Source: Haliotis rubra
Taxonomy: Eukaryota
Length of the DNA: 64,000 nucleotides
Assembly (NCBI RefSeq): GCF_003918875.1
Contig: NW_025766975.1
Span: forward strand, 1,058,684 to 1,122,683
Reading direction: 5' to 3'
Positions 38,674 through 50,382 of this stretch are shown here, in pieces; within the stretch, counting starts at the first letter, position 1, and every line of letters starts with the position of its first letter. The position numbers and the translations under genes are program-made. The notes below the pieces were generated by a model, which made no database searches, had not been told where the DNA came from, and saw only the letters and a list, made by a program, of their open reading frames with translations.

Positions 38674-40527
38674 TATTTTCCTAGAGCTAGCGAGTATTGT
38701 TAACAGAGAGGTTTAGCTTCGTTCATTGTGTAGAAAAGTATCGATTCGAATAAAATGAAACCTTTGCAAGGCGTAGTATTTCTTCCGACGTTAATTAATT
38801 TTCACATAAAACATCGCAATCATAGCCCTCGATAGTTACTGTCAACACGAATGCTGAGTCAATCTAATATCGATCTCAAATTGCCCTAACAAGTGATTGA
38901 CAGAAATGTTCCACTGGCAAAACTGAGTTGTTTTGATTAACTTTCGTGAACTTGCTGATTGGTTTCTTTCCAACCTTTGCATGTACCTTGCGATCAAATA
39001 TTGATTGGGAATGTGATGCAGGGCTGGACAGGTTTGTTGAGCTGATAGAGTAGCATTTAATTATTTTTTATTAGTAACATGATGCCAATATTATCTAGGA
39101 AAGATTATGATATTTTGTGCTATTCGTTTAATTGAGTACATTATCTGATTCATCATTTGAACTTGAAAAAAATGATATTTTCAAAAAGGGAACTACATGC
39201 CGTTATGAATTACTCAATAATATTTTGAAATAGGGGAGTGGCATGTTTCATCATTGTTAATGGCACTCAAATAATTACTTTTCCATGTACGCTTCATGCT
39301 TGTTAGTTTCTACCAACAGGTTGGTGGTTTCAAAGGGCGTCGTACGACTTTTGTTCCAAAGTTGTCTCATGAAGGTTATGATGTTAGGGAACTTAGTGAA
39401 GCTTTCAAAACGTTTATGGTAGACATGTGGAGGTATTTCCAGATTTGACGCTTCAGTAACACACGGATGTCTGATGCAATTGCTTGTGGCATAATGTTGT
39501 TGCTCCATGTCATCAGCGGGCCTCACCCTTCACGTGCACGTTACTGTATAACCATCAATAAGTCAGGGGCACTGAGTACATATATAGTGTGAAGTATATT
39601 TCGATAATACTATTGACTTTCACATTATACTCTATCGAAAGGGGTCTACACTCTCCCAAGTACTATTTCTCTTTGCAATTTGCTCAGCAGACTTGTGTTT
39701 CTTATGTATGGCAACAACAGCAACAACAAAAACCGGATGGGAAAAACATCTAGGTCACTGCCAATGCAACATGTCGGTCACACACGTGGTTATCTTCGGA
39801 GGGAGCTGATTTTGTTCTAGTTTTGTTTACAACAATAACTTAAGATGTTACTTCCAAATATTCTTTAAGCCACTGCCTGTAAAAACCATTTCCCAATGTT
39901 ACAAAAAAGAGCTTCCTGGTTTGTTTGGCTGAATTTGAGGTGCCCCAAGGAGACACTGAAATGGAGTATATCATCCATCGTGGCAGTTGGTTTTGTTCCT
40001 GTTTTGTTTCTAACACTGGGTTGGAATACAATAAGATATTATTTTTTTCTTGTTCAATAAAATCTCGACAACAAATACTAGCATTTCCAGCAGCTGTATA
40101 ATCCATTCCTCAGTGTAACAAGAAACATCATCTTGGTTTGTTTGGCCGAATCTGAGGTCCCCCAATGGGACACTGAAATGGAGTGTAATATCAATTGACG
40201 TTGAAACAAGTGGGAGCTTAACACCGCCGAAGATATAAAGAACAATCAATTCACTGTCAGTACAATTACAATGGGAAACCCATGGGAGGACATCACTCAA
40301 TGTATTTTATTCTTTCCGTATTTTTTAGTCGTAGTACATTTGTGAAGTTTAATTGCTGGCTGAAATTGCTTACAATCGCCAGCAGCTAGACGAATGGTGT
40401 AAATCCGACTGGGAACCCCTGCAAGAAGCAGAAATCCCCAGTTTGGTGACCAAACTTTGTTTGATGTTGATCTTCAGTCCAGTTTTATACTGTGTTGCTG
40501 GATAACAATTTAATGTTTTAAAATCGT

Positions 40528-40770
40528 CTCAGACTAATCTTAAGTATAATTTGTGATAATCTACACTAAACGCCAAAAGAAACATTACCACCCTTCTGAA
40601 TGACGGAGGTACCTATCTTCAGCTGGCGTTGTGATGCTCGGACGACCACTTCTTGGTCTGTCTACGGTGACTCCAGTCGGTCTGGAGCCCTGAATATGTC
40701 TTATAACCGTGATACGGTGGCATCAGAGGGCGTTGGCAACGGCATTGTATTTCGACCCCATCTGCACCAT
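40528..40770 (-). pseudogene. Tc1-like N-terminal fragment (paralogue of 31970-32212)
   Basis: Same sequence at the paralogous position. The antisense ORF 40600-40803 mirrors ORF 32042-32245. Confidence 0.6.
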
Positions 40771-41040
40771 CCCAATGGCCCTTTCTCTCTCTTCAGCTGT
40801 TAATCGTGGCGTATTTCTCGTACTTGTGTATCATATCATGTATTCTAGGTTCTCTTCATACCCTATAGAATCATTCTACATTTGAAATGATTGCAAATAT
40901 TGTTTGAATATTGCTGCGTTTTGGCGATTGCTATTGCTATGTGTAAACAGAAAATGGAAAAATGTTAACAAAGATAATGTTAGATGTTCCTAAACATTTG
41001 TTTATTATATCAAAGACACGTTTTACTTGTTTTCACTAAT

Positions 41041-41273
41041 AAGTGAGTGAGTGAGTTTAGTTTTACGCCGCACTCAGCAGTATTACAGCTATATGACGGC
41101 GGTCTGTAAATAATCGAGTCTGGACCAGACAATCCAGTCATCAACAGCATGAGCATCCATCTGCGCAATTGGGAACCGATGACATGTGTCAACCAAATCA
41201 GCGAGTCTGACACCCGATCCCGTTAGTCGCCTCTTACGACAAGCATGGGTTACTGAAGGTTCATTCCAACCCG
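41041..41273 (-). mobile_element. SINE family B (paralogue of 32503-32750, with a 10-bp deletion at the head)
   Basis: Same TSD gttttcactaat on both sides. The head ends ccaacccgg|ttttcactaat instead of ccggaccctcacgg. Confidence 0.85.
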
Positions 41274-42106
41274 GTTTTCACTAATGCAAACCAGCAGAAA
41301 ATGTGTTAAAAAACTCAAATCATAGGAATGATTATTTTACAATTTTACACACTCTACAACAGATGTTTCTTGTTTTAATGTTTGAAAAATTGTGACTTTT
41401 AATGGTTTATCTTTGTCCCAAAGCAGATTTTATTTCAGCCTTTCTTTTGGACATCTAAATCACTATTATTGTTTGAGTTTGGCGTGGACGAAAATAGGAC
41501 AATTTAACTCTTCTGAAAAAGATGCATTTCACCTAAATGTGAATGCATTTGAGAATTTGTTTTCGTGATTTGCATAAATCTGTTGTTAAGATCTCTTGAA
41601 AGCTAATACCTTCTAACATAATATCCTTGATATTTTCTAAGTAATTCATAAAGGTAGGAGGGTAACGTTTCTTTTGGCGTTTAGTGTTTGTGTTGTCTTT
41701 CGACGATAGGTTTCCATACAGTAAAAATCTCAGAATTAGTCATTAATGATTTTCTGTCGGCATGATATATGGCTGCCTGTGATGGAATGTGAACTCACTC
41801 TGATGGGAGAAAGAGAATACAACTCCAGTGATAGCTGCAAAAAGAAACCTAGCAGTAGACTGGATATCAAAGGTGTAATCGTCACACAACCGCTTGAAGA
41901 GAGATGCATGCACTTGCCCACTTATGTAGTTTGTACATTCTTGAACGTTTCACACAATGGTGCATAAACCTTTTTCAAATATTGTAACTTCCACACCTAT
42001 GCTTACATAGCATAGCAAATTATTCTTACAACCTTCCATCAAACTTTAACAAAGACAATGTAATACAACATAAACAGTGTTTACAAATGTATTAAACTAC
42101 CACATA

Positions 42107-43407
42107 CAGTACAACCAGAAATTATTGAGAATTTAAAGATTGTAATTTTTTATATTATTTTCACTCATTACTCACGTATTAAATGTGAATATTAGCAGAA
42201 CATAACTCCAGATTCAAAGACAGGTGAACAGTTAGTATTTTGTCAAGTCACCATGGGCAGCAATGCAGGCTTCAATGCGGCGGGGCATACTACTGATCAA
42301 AGAAGTTAGAAAGTCGTGGTCCATGCTGTCCCAATATCGGACCACCTCTTCTTTCAATTCAGCAATATTTGTCAGATTTTTCTTATTGACACTTTCCTTC
42401 ATAAGTCCCCAAACATTTTCTATTTGATTTAGGTCAGGGCTATAGCTTGGCCAATCTTATAATGTCATATTTTGGGTCCGAAACCAGGCCTGTGAATGCT
42501 TTGAACGATGTTTTGGGTCGTTGTCCTGCTGGAAAATCCAAACATTTCCATAGAACACGTGAGCAGATGGAAATAAATGTCCCTCGAGAATATTTGTGTA
42601 CCGCTCACTGTTCATATTCCCTTCAAATACACAGAGGGGCGTTGCCCCTAACACAGATATGCCACACCACACGTTAAATTTCGGACTGTACTTTGGGCGC
42701 TGATACAAAGGTCTTTCAGTTTGTTTGGTCCAGAATTTCAGTGTATTAGGAAACAGCCACACAGAACTTTCATCTGAGAAAATCACATTGTCCCAGTTAA
42801 AATTTCTATGCTGTAAGCACCAGTTCAACCTTCGCTCCTTTTGTTCAGGTTTCATGATCGGTGATGGAATTCCTCGACTTTTCTACCAACCCATTGCATG
42901 CAGCTCAGTTCTTATTGTCTCCTTACAGACAGCCACAGTTCCTCTATCAATCATATCCAGCCTTAAGTTTTCTAAACGCCTTCGTTTGTTTTTAGAAACA
43001 AGAATACCAAGCCGCCTCCTGTCACCGACAGTCAATTTTCTGGGCCTACCTGCGCCTCCCTGGTGCTCAATGCCATATCCATTTGCAATATTTTCAAAAC
43101 ACGATAAACAGTGGACAAAGGGATGCCTGTTCTACTTGAAATCACTTTAGCTGATCTGATGTCCTTGTTATAATACTCTAAAATCAACTTCCTCTTCTCT
43201 AAATCATCCATACTGAGGATCACTGAAAATGTCGTCTGCTAGCAAGTAAACAAAGGGGGATAACTCTTCACAAACTAATGAAAAAGGGTTAACGGAGTTG
43301 TCTCTCTTGAATGAAACCAAACACTTGATAGCTGGTCAAGGTTGTTTATACTAGAAATCCAATTATTAAACATATTCCTAAAATTCTCAATAATTTCTGG
43401 TCATACT
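42107..43407 (-). mobile_element. Tc1-like DNA transposon with TIRs and TA target site
   Basis: Left end TA|cagtacaaccagaaattattgagaattt. The right end is aaattctcaataatttctggtcatacta|TA, whose reverse complement is tagtatgaccagaaattattgagaattt. It encodes a full-length Tc1 transposase on the minus strand. Confidence 0.85.
42232..43223 (-). pseudogene. Tc1-like transposase, about 330 aa, with at least 2 frameshifts
   Basis: N-terminus MILSMDDLEKRKLILEYYNKDIRSAKVISSRTGIPLSTVYRVLK (HTH). Middle QKERRLNWCLQHRNFNWDNVIFSDESSVWLFPN...NVWCGIS...FQQDNDPKHRSK (DDE). C-terminus in a third frame, ...PSYSPDLNQIENVWGLMKESV...SMPRRIEACIAAHGDLTKY*. The span of 992 bp is not a multiple of 3. Confidence 0.85.
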
Positions 43408-43994
43408 ATAGCATAACGCAAAGGCTTCAAACATATTGTATTACTGATTTCAGGAAGTATCGGAGAAACAAAAGCCCCCTTTGGTCAGTCACAAAGTCAA
43501 AATTAATACATCACAACAGAATGGACCGGACAATTGATATAGGGATGACTGGGTCTTAGACAATCAGGGTAGGGTCATGGAAGACACATAATATTTGGGG
43601 TTGGTTATTTGAAAGGCATCATCTTTATAATGAAATATATGGTTCTTTTAGCATTTTATCTTCATGGGGGGTTATAAAATTGAACATGGAGATAGGGAGA
43701 GTCATTAACAATATTACAAGAACTCGGGGAGGGTAATTATTTCCAGTACATTTGTTCGGGCAAAAAAATATCTGAAACACCCTCCGTTACTAAATGACCG
43801 GTCTCTAAATGGAGGTTTTGTGTGATAGAAAGTCCTAGGATATACAGCTCTAAGACGACGAGACTCGGGAAAGTAAGCCGACAGATATTTTACTTTGATG
43901 TACAAATTATTGACTAATAAACTAACACAAAGTAGAGATAACTGTAATCTGCTCGGAGCCAACTATAATCCAGCCCAACAGAAGACGTCCATAC

Positions 43995-44520
43995 GTACGA
44001 ATTGGAATATCTTAAGAACCGTTGACTGGATTCTTTTCATATTTGGTACCTAGGTTCATCACAGTAAAAGAAAGGTCCCAGTCAGGTTTGGTGACCTTGA
44101 CCGTCATTTCAAGGTTACAAGTGGACTTTAACGTCTTACCCTTGTCAGCAAGATATCTCAAGAACCGTTCCTTGGATTTTCTTCATATTCAACACCAACC
44201 TTTATCTAGGGAAGGTGCAGGGCCCAGTCGACCTTCACTTAATTTTCAAGTTCACGGCGACACTTTAAACATTTCAGCAAGTTAAGCTGCATCTAAAGAT
44301 TGTCAGCGAGATATCTAAGGAACCATTCACTGGACTTTCGTCATATTTGACACCACGCTTCATCTAGGGAAGGTGCAAGCTCCAGTCAATTGTGGTGACC
44401 TTCATATGATGTTCAAGGTCACAGCGACACTTTGAAGATTTCAGCATGTTAAACTGCATGTTAAGATTGTCAGCGAGATATCTCAAGAACAGTTCACTGG
44501 ATTTTCTTCATAGACTTTCA
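43995..44520. repeat. Satellite-like tandem repeat, ~145-168-bp unit, ~3.3 copies
   Basis: The block ...gatatctcaagaac[c/a]gttc[c/a]ctgga[c/t]tttc[t/g]tcata[t/g]... recurs at 44007, 44152, 44308 and 44476. The block agggaaggtgcagggcccagtcgaccttca / agggaaggtgcaagctccagtcaattgtggtgaccttca is also repeated. Confidence 0.8.
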
Positions 44521-44704
44521 AGACTTCCCTTAAATGTATTTCACTAAGCAATTTCTTTATTACTATTTTTGTATATTTCATACACTAAGACATTCATGTC
44601 AAGGTGAAAGCGAGGTTTGACTGGTCATGTTTTTGTTGACATTTAACTTCATCTTAAATTACGACCCTCGATTTCATTACTTTTAGGTTTGATTTGATAA
44701 TTTG

Positions 44705-44952
44705 CGGCGGGGGATTATGTCACCTTAGTGACAATGCTTGTTCTCATGCACTTCTCCAGCTATATGGCGGCAATCTGTAAATAATCGAGTTTAGACCAGA
44801 CAATCCCATGACCAACAGCATGATCATCGATTAGGATACGATGGCATGTGTTACAAAAGTCAGCGAGTCTGACCACCCGATCCCGATAGTCGCCTCTAAC
44901 GCAAGCATGTACTGTTGACGACCCTTTCTAACCCAAATCTTCACGTGTCTCC
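44705..44952 (-). mobile_element. SINE family B copy
   Basis: cttctccagctatatggcggcaatctgtaaataatcgagtttagaccagacaatcccatgaccaacagcatgatcatcg...gtcgcctctaacgcaagcatg. Confidence 0.8.
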
Positions 44953-45300
44953 CGTTACTCTTGAAAACGTGAGAAGGGGCCTTCGAGACTGTATTCTCAA
45001 TCGTTGCAGTGCTGAATGGGGTTGCTATCGTACAATTCTCTAGCGGTCTGTTTTCTCAAGGTTCAAGGATACATGACGCATTAATTATATTTATAGGTGT
45101 GGTGTGGTGAAAAAGGATATACATTGTATTACTGCTTTCAGGAGCTATTAGTGAGCACACTTTGGTCTGTCACAGAGGGTATCAAGATAACTAATCAAGA
45201 CATAAGGAACTGACCATTCTATTCCAGGGGATGGTAGGTCATTTGGTGTAGGGGATGACTGCATCTTAGAGAATCAGGTGCCGGTCATGACAGAAGATAC

Positions 45301-45333
45301 ACATTTATTTATTTATTTATTTATTTATTTTTG

Positions 45334-45384
<51 letters not shown>

Positions 45385-45391
45385 TGTGTGT
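45301..45391. repeat. Compound microsatellite (ATTT)6-(GT)~28
   Basis: atttatttatttatttatttattttt followed by gtgtgtgt...gtatgtgtgtgtgtgtc. The minus-strand ORF 45321-45545 (THTHTH...) is an artefact of this repeat. Confidence 0.95.
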
Positions 45392-45559
45392 CATTTGGAT
45401 AAGATAATTCATAATAAAACATAAAGTTGTTTTTGGAGTGTTTCTTTGTCATGGAGGGTGATAAATAACAGTGACTGACAATCCAGTGATTGACATCATG
45501 AGCACCAATGTACACAGTCGGGGTGTGATGACATGCAGCAACCAATCTAGCGAGTCTGT

Positions 45560-48250
45560 CCGACAGTAGAAATATCTAACCGCCGTGTCTGTTCTATACT
45601 GCTTAAACTCCTGATTGTCCGCTTAGTCCCTCCTCCAGGAGAGGGGGGTAAACTGCACAATCACGTCAAAGTATTACCTGCTTTAATTGAATGGATACTA
45701 AAAACATCTATGTTTTAAACACTTGGATGCATTTGTCTTAAATATCAAAGCAAAGTTTACTTTGGTAGATTTGAGATAGATCCAGGAGCTTCGTAAAAAG
45801 TTTCCCTTGCAATGTTTGTTGGTGACCTTAACGACTCGGTGTATCAAGGTTTACTTCTGTCATTAGACGCTCCTCTGCTCGTCGAACATAGTCTTTAATT
45901 TAACAAGGCTCACAGCAGGAGACCACTGGCTGACAGCTCGTCCAGGCACGACAATGAAATGGAATCATTTAATGCAAATGTCAGCCCAAACTAAGCAAAA
46001 TGTTATATCATATATACACAGGGGAAACTTCAGCAGGTTAGACAAGGTTAATCAAAACGTCAAAGCCTATGTAGCATGAAATATTGAGTTTTCGTCTATG
46101 TCAATGGACCGATAGTCTTTAGAAGTTAATGAAAACCTACTCTCGTAAATCATGTTCACGGACATACTTTCGTTGTGGGTAATGACAATCATTGTCATGG
46201 ATCTTTATCTATAAACTCTATAGCATATTCGATCTGAATCCATATGAGTTACACAAATAATAATGTTAAGACACACGAAAATGTAATGGCATGAATTATG
46301 TGGGAAGTATGCCTATGCTGGACTAGGGTATCAACAATTGTCAAATCTCCACACAAAACCTAAAGTATTCATGCATATTTCCTTTATTAGATGACATACA
46401 TAGACATAACACAAACCAGAGCATTGTATACCTGTTTCGAGTTTTCTCAAAGCAATTCATCTTACTCCGTATCGTAAACCTTGACATTTCCACAGAGGCT
46501 GTAAATCTATCATAGATTAAATAGCCATTCATTTCAGTTCCGAATCGTTCAGAAATGCCATTACCTTTAAGACACATTTATGTTCAGACAGCAGTAGTTG
46601 ACTAAGCGCTGATTAAGATTGGTATCCACTTTCAACTACGAGGAAGAAATACGTAGTTTGAACTGATCTTGACCATGTCAGAAATACCAGTCCAAGGAAA
46701 TTCATTGTAACTGAAGAAAACATCCTCATAAATCCATGTAAACATAGTGACGAAACCATTTCCGTAATCAAAGTAATCTGAGGCCATTGTATGACTTCGA
46801 CCTCAGCACAAGCATTTGTTTATGGACCCGTGAAGATCCGGGTTAGAATTGGTCTTTTGAAACCCTGCTTGTCGTAAGAGACGACTAACTAAGGCTTGCT
46901 GAGTTGGTTGAAGCATGCCATCATATTCCAATTGTATAGATCGATGCTCATGATGTCTGTCACTGGATTGACTGGTCTAGACTCGATTATTTTACAGACT
47001 ACTGTCGTATTGCTGAGTGAGGCGTTAAACACACAAAGAAATAAAAATGTGTTTATGAATCTCTATCAACTAAGGATGATACCAGTCGAGCTAATATCAA
47101 CATTATTCGCTTGAAACATTATATGACTACATTGGCAATTGAGGTGTGTTGTTAAAGTGAATTACATGAAAATGTTCTAAGCAGTGTCAAGTCAGTCAAC
47201 TTGACAATAATTAAACTCAATGTAAACCACAACGGGAAAGCCTTTATTTAACAAATCACGCTTCAAAACAAGCGCCGAGAAGGTCTTTCAATAGAGCAAG
47301 CAAGTATAATTAACATGCATGTTTAGCTTCGTTCATTGTAGAAAAGTATCGATTCTGATAAAATGAAACCTTTGTTATGCGTTATATTTCTTCCGAAGTT
47401 AATCAGTATCAAAGCAACACCTCACAACCGTAGCCGTCGATATTGTCAACATGAATACTGAGTCAATCAAATGTCGATCTCAACTGCCGTAAAGAGTGAT
47501 TGACAGGGACATTTCCAGGTGGCGAAACTGAGCTGTTTTGATTAACTTTCGTGAACTTACTGATTGGTTTCTTTCTAATCTTCGCATGTACCTTGCGATC
47601 AAATATTGATTGGGATTTGTGATTTGGCATTTCAGGATTGTTGAGTTAATAACTATTTTTATTGGTAGCATGATGGCAATATTTTCATAGAAAACAATAC
47701 GATATTTTGTGTTTTTTTAATTTAGTACGTAATTCAATTAACCGCTTGAACAATTTATATTTTCGGAAACGGATCTACATGCCGCTATAAATTACTCAAA
47801 AGGTTTTGATAAGGCGGTGGCAGGCTTCATCAGTGTTAATGGCACTCAAATAATCACTTTTCCATGTACGCTTCATGCTTGATAGTTTCTACCAACAGGT
47901 TGGTGGTTTCAAAGAGCGTAGGACGACTTTTGCCTCAAAGTTGTTTGTTGAGGGTTTCGACATTCAAGTACGTAGTACAGCTTTCAAAACGTTTATAGTA
48001 GACATGAGGGAGGATTTCCAAATTTGATGCTTCAATAACACACTATACTTCAATAACTGTCTAATGCAATTGCTTATTTTCACAAGTGCCAATTTTATTC
48101 ACGTGTTGTTTCAGTTCATCAGTTGACCTCACTTGTCCGTGACGCCATCAATACGATAGGAGCATCGAGTACATACATAGTACAAAGTATATTTCGATGA
48201 TACTATTGACCTTCATATAATACAAATAACGTCAGATATAATAAGCTTTA
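45560..48250. repeat. Ancient diverged collinear copy of part of the 6.4-kb duplication unit
   Basis: 46270-46700 ~ 28720-29150 (about 75%) and 47040-48250 ~ 29697-31100 (about 85%), in the same order and spacing. It lacks the family-A SINE that copies 1 and 2 carry at 29955 and 38505. It is interrupted by a + strand family-B SINE at 46771-47035. Confidence 0.7.
46771..47035 (+). mobile_element. SINE family B, sense orientation, with extended head
   Basis: gaggccattgtatgacttcgacctcagcacaagcatttgtttatggacccgtgaagatccgggttagaattggtc...gactactgtcgtattgctgagtgaggcgttaaacac. Confidence 0.8.
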
Positions 48251-48364
48251 TACACTTATTTGACTTTTATTGTTTTATTGTTGTTTGGTAAACATTCTGG
48301 AAGTTGGTCAGTCATAATGAAGCAGACAACGTTAAGGCTGCAATAAACAAGAAGTTGTATGCTT

Positions 48365-48590
48365 CATTGTTGTTTTTATTGTTGTTTTGACGCCGAACCT
48401 AGCAATATTGCAGACACATGTAAACAGTCGACTCTCGACCAGGCTATCTAGTAATTGACAGCACGAGTACTACTGCACGCAGTCGGGATTTGATGAAATG
48501 CATCAACCAAGTTAGCGAGCCTGTTCACTAGATCCTGTTATTCGCCTGTTACGAAAAGGCGTCCGACAGCAGAAATATCGAACCACGGCT
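48365..48590 (-). mobile_element. SINE family B, old diverged copy
   Basis: gacgccgaacctagcaatattgcagacacatgtaaacagtcgactctcgaccaggctatctagtaattgacagcacgag...tcgcctgttacgaaaaggc. Confidence 0.55.
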
Positions 48591-49310
48591 TCTGTTGAAA
48601 CGCTTGACAGCTTACTTATTGTACATATCAGCATGAGAGAGTGCAATAAACTACACAATCACGTCACAGTATTACCTGCTTTAATTGAATGGATACTAAA
48701 ACAGCTATCCTTTATACACTTTACTGAATGTATTTTTCTTTACTACCAATTTAAGCAAAGATCTGAGATAGATCAGGGAGCTTCGACCAAGTTTTCCCTT
48801 GCAATGTTTGTTGGTAATCTTAACCGACTCGGTGTATTAGGTTCGTGATGACGCTATTTGCTTTCTGTCATTAGACGTTCATCTGCTCGTCAAACGTAAT
48901 CTTCAATTTCCTGAGGATCTTGACAAGGCTTACACAGTCTTACGACAGTAGGAGACCAGTGGCGGACAGCTCGTTCTAAAGCAGGCTGTTTGTCTGGGCG
49001 TGACAATGAAATGGAATCATTTAATGTAAATGTCAGCCCAAACTAAGCAAAATGTTATATCGTGTATATACACACAGGAAACATCAGCAGGTTAGACAAG
49101 GTTAATCAAAACGTCAAAGCCTATGTAGCATGAAATATTGGGTTTTCGTCTATGCCAATGGACCGATAGTCTTTACAAGTTAATGAAAACCTACTCTCGT
49201 AAATCATGTTTCCGTGTTCACGGACATACTTCCGTTGTGGGCGATCATCATTGTCATGGATCTTTATCTATTACATCCATACCACGATCGATCTGAATCC
49301 ATATGAGTAG
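48590..49310. repeat. Second diverged copy of the 45560-46270 segment (~88% identity)
   Basis: ...cacaatcacgtcacagtattacctgctttaattgaatggatactaaaa...gacaatgaaatggaatcatttaatg...atctgaatccatatgag. A shorter third copy lies at 62040-62390. Confidence 0.8.
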
Positions 49311-50382
49311 GAAATGCCAATGCCAGCATTTACACAAATTATTATCACCTTATTGCCATAAAAATAAATGTAAAGAACTTGTCAGACTGAGTACAAGATA
49401 TATACATATATTGATTGAGATAGTTCTCAAATATATCAAAGCATAGTAACCCTTGGAACCAACAAGTATAATAAACTGATGTATTTGCTAATCAAAGAAA
49501 ATGATGCACTCGTGATGCACCTGCATGGACGTAAAATAGAAGCTGGAATAGAAGTAATGAGTCACGGAATTCACAAAATCACTGACGTAATTATATAACA
49601 AGCATCACTTATCACTATATTCCAGACAAACTGCAACACCTACTGCATTTGGCCTTTAACTGCATGGTAAGAATTGATTCTCATCAGCTACATTAGATGC
49701 ACTGTCATTTCTATTTGTCATCACAGTCTGAATGGAAACAGAATTTATTACACTAATAAGATATTAAGCACAAGCGGGGAAATATTATAAGGATCATGGG
49801 TGGTTATCTGGTAGAGACAACAAGTTTTCTGAATTGATACTTGAAGTTTCACTGTGTTGAAATGTATTGATCAAAATAAAAGGAAACTGATACGGGAATC
49901 CAAATTCGTCTGAAACAAATTAATTTGTACCAGAAACAGGGAAAAGTCGTGTTTATAGCTTTTCCATGGCTAGTTTGAGCAACAAATCCAAAATCAGTTT
50001 GACAGACAGACAGATATTTTATTCAGTATAAAGGCCAAAGGCCCATAATACAAAATAAATTGGTTGAAATAAGCGCACATAAAAGTGACAGGTTTATGTT
50101 TTCACAGTTGCAGCTCTAGTTTTATGTATACATTTCAAAAAAAAAAATCAGTTTGAAATAGACTGAAGAAGATGATTGCAACATGAAGTTTCTTAGGCCC
50201 GCGGGCAATTTTGGATTAAGACTATTACTGTCGTTTCTTTCCTTATAACGAAATGTAACATCCTTTGTCTTCGTATATGTTTATTCAGAAGTAAATACGG
50301 CAACCGGCCCATTTTAGATGTACAGGCAATACAACAATAGCGTTACTTTATTGAGCACCAGTTGTAATGAATACATATATGT

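Larger units (their letters stand above)
33581..42100. repeat. Recent tandem duplication, copy 2 (carries 2.2-kb MULE insertion)
   Basis: Same unit as 27175-33580 plus the element at 36082-38286. It ends at ...aaatgtattaaactac|cacatacagtacaacc, which is the start of the Tc1 TIR. Confidence 0.9.

Noticed and set aside
42725-43150. 141-aa plus-strand ORF
   Set aside because: It lies antisense to the Tc1-like transposase coding region and is a mirror ORF of no significance.
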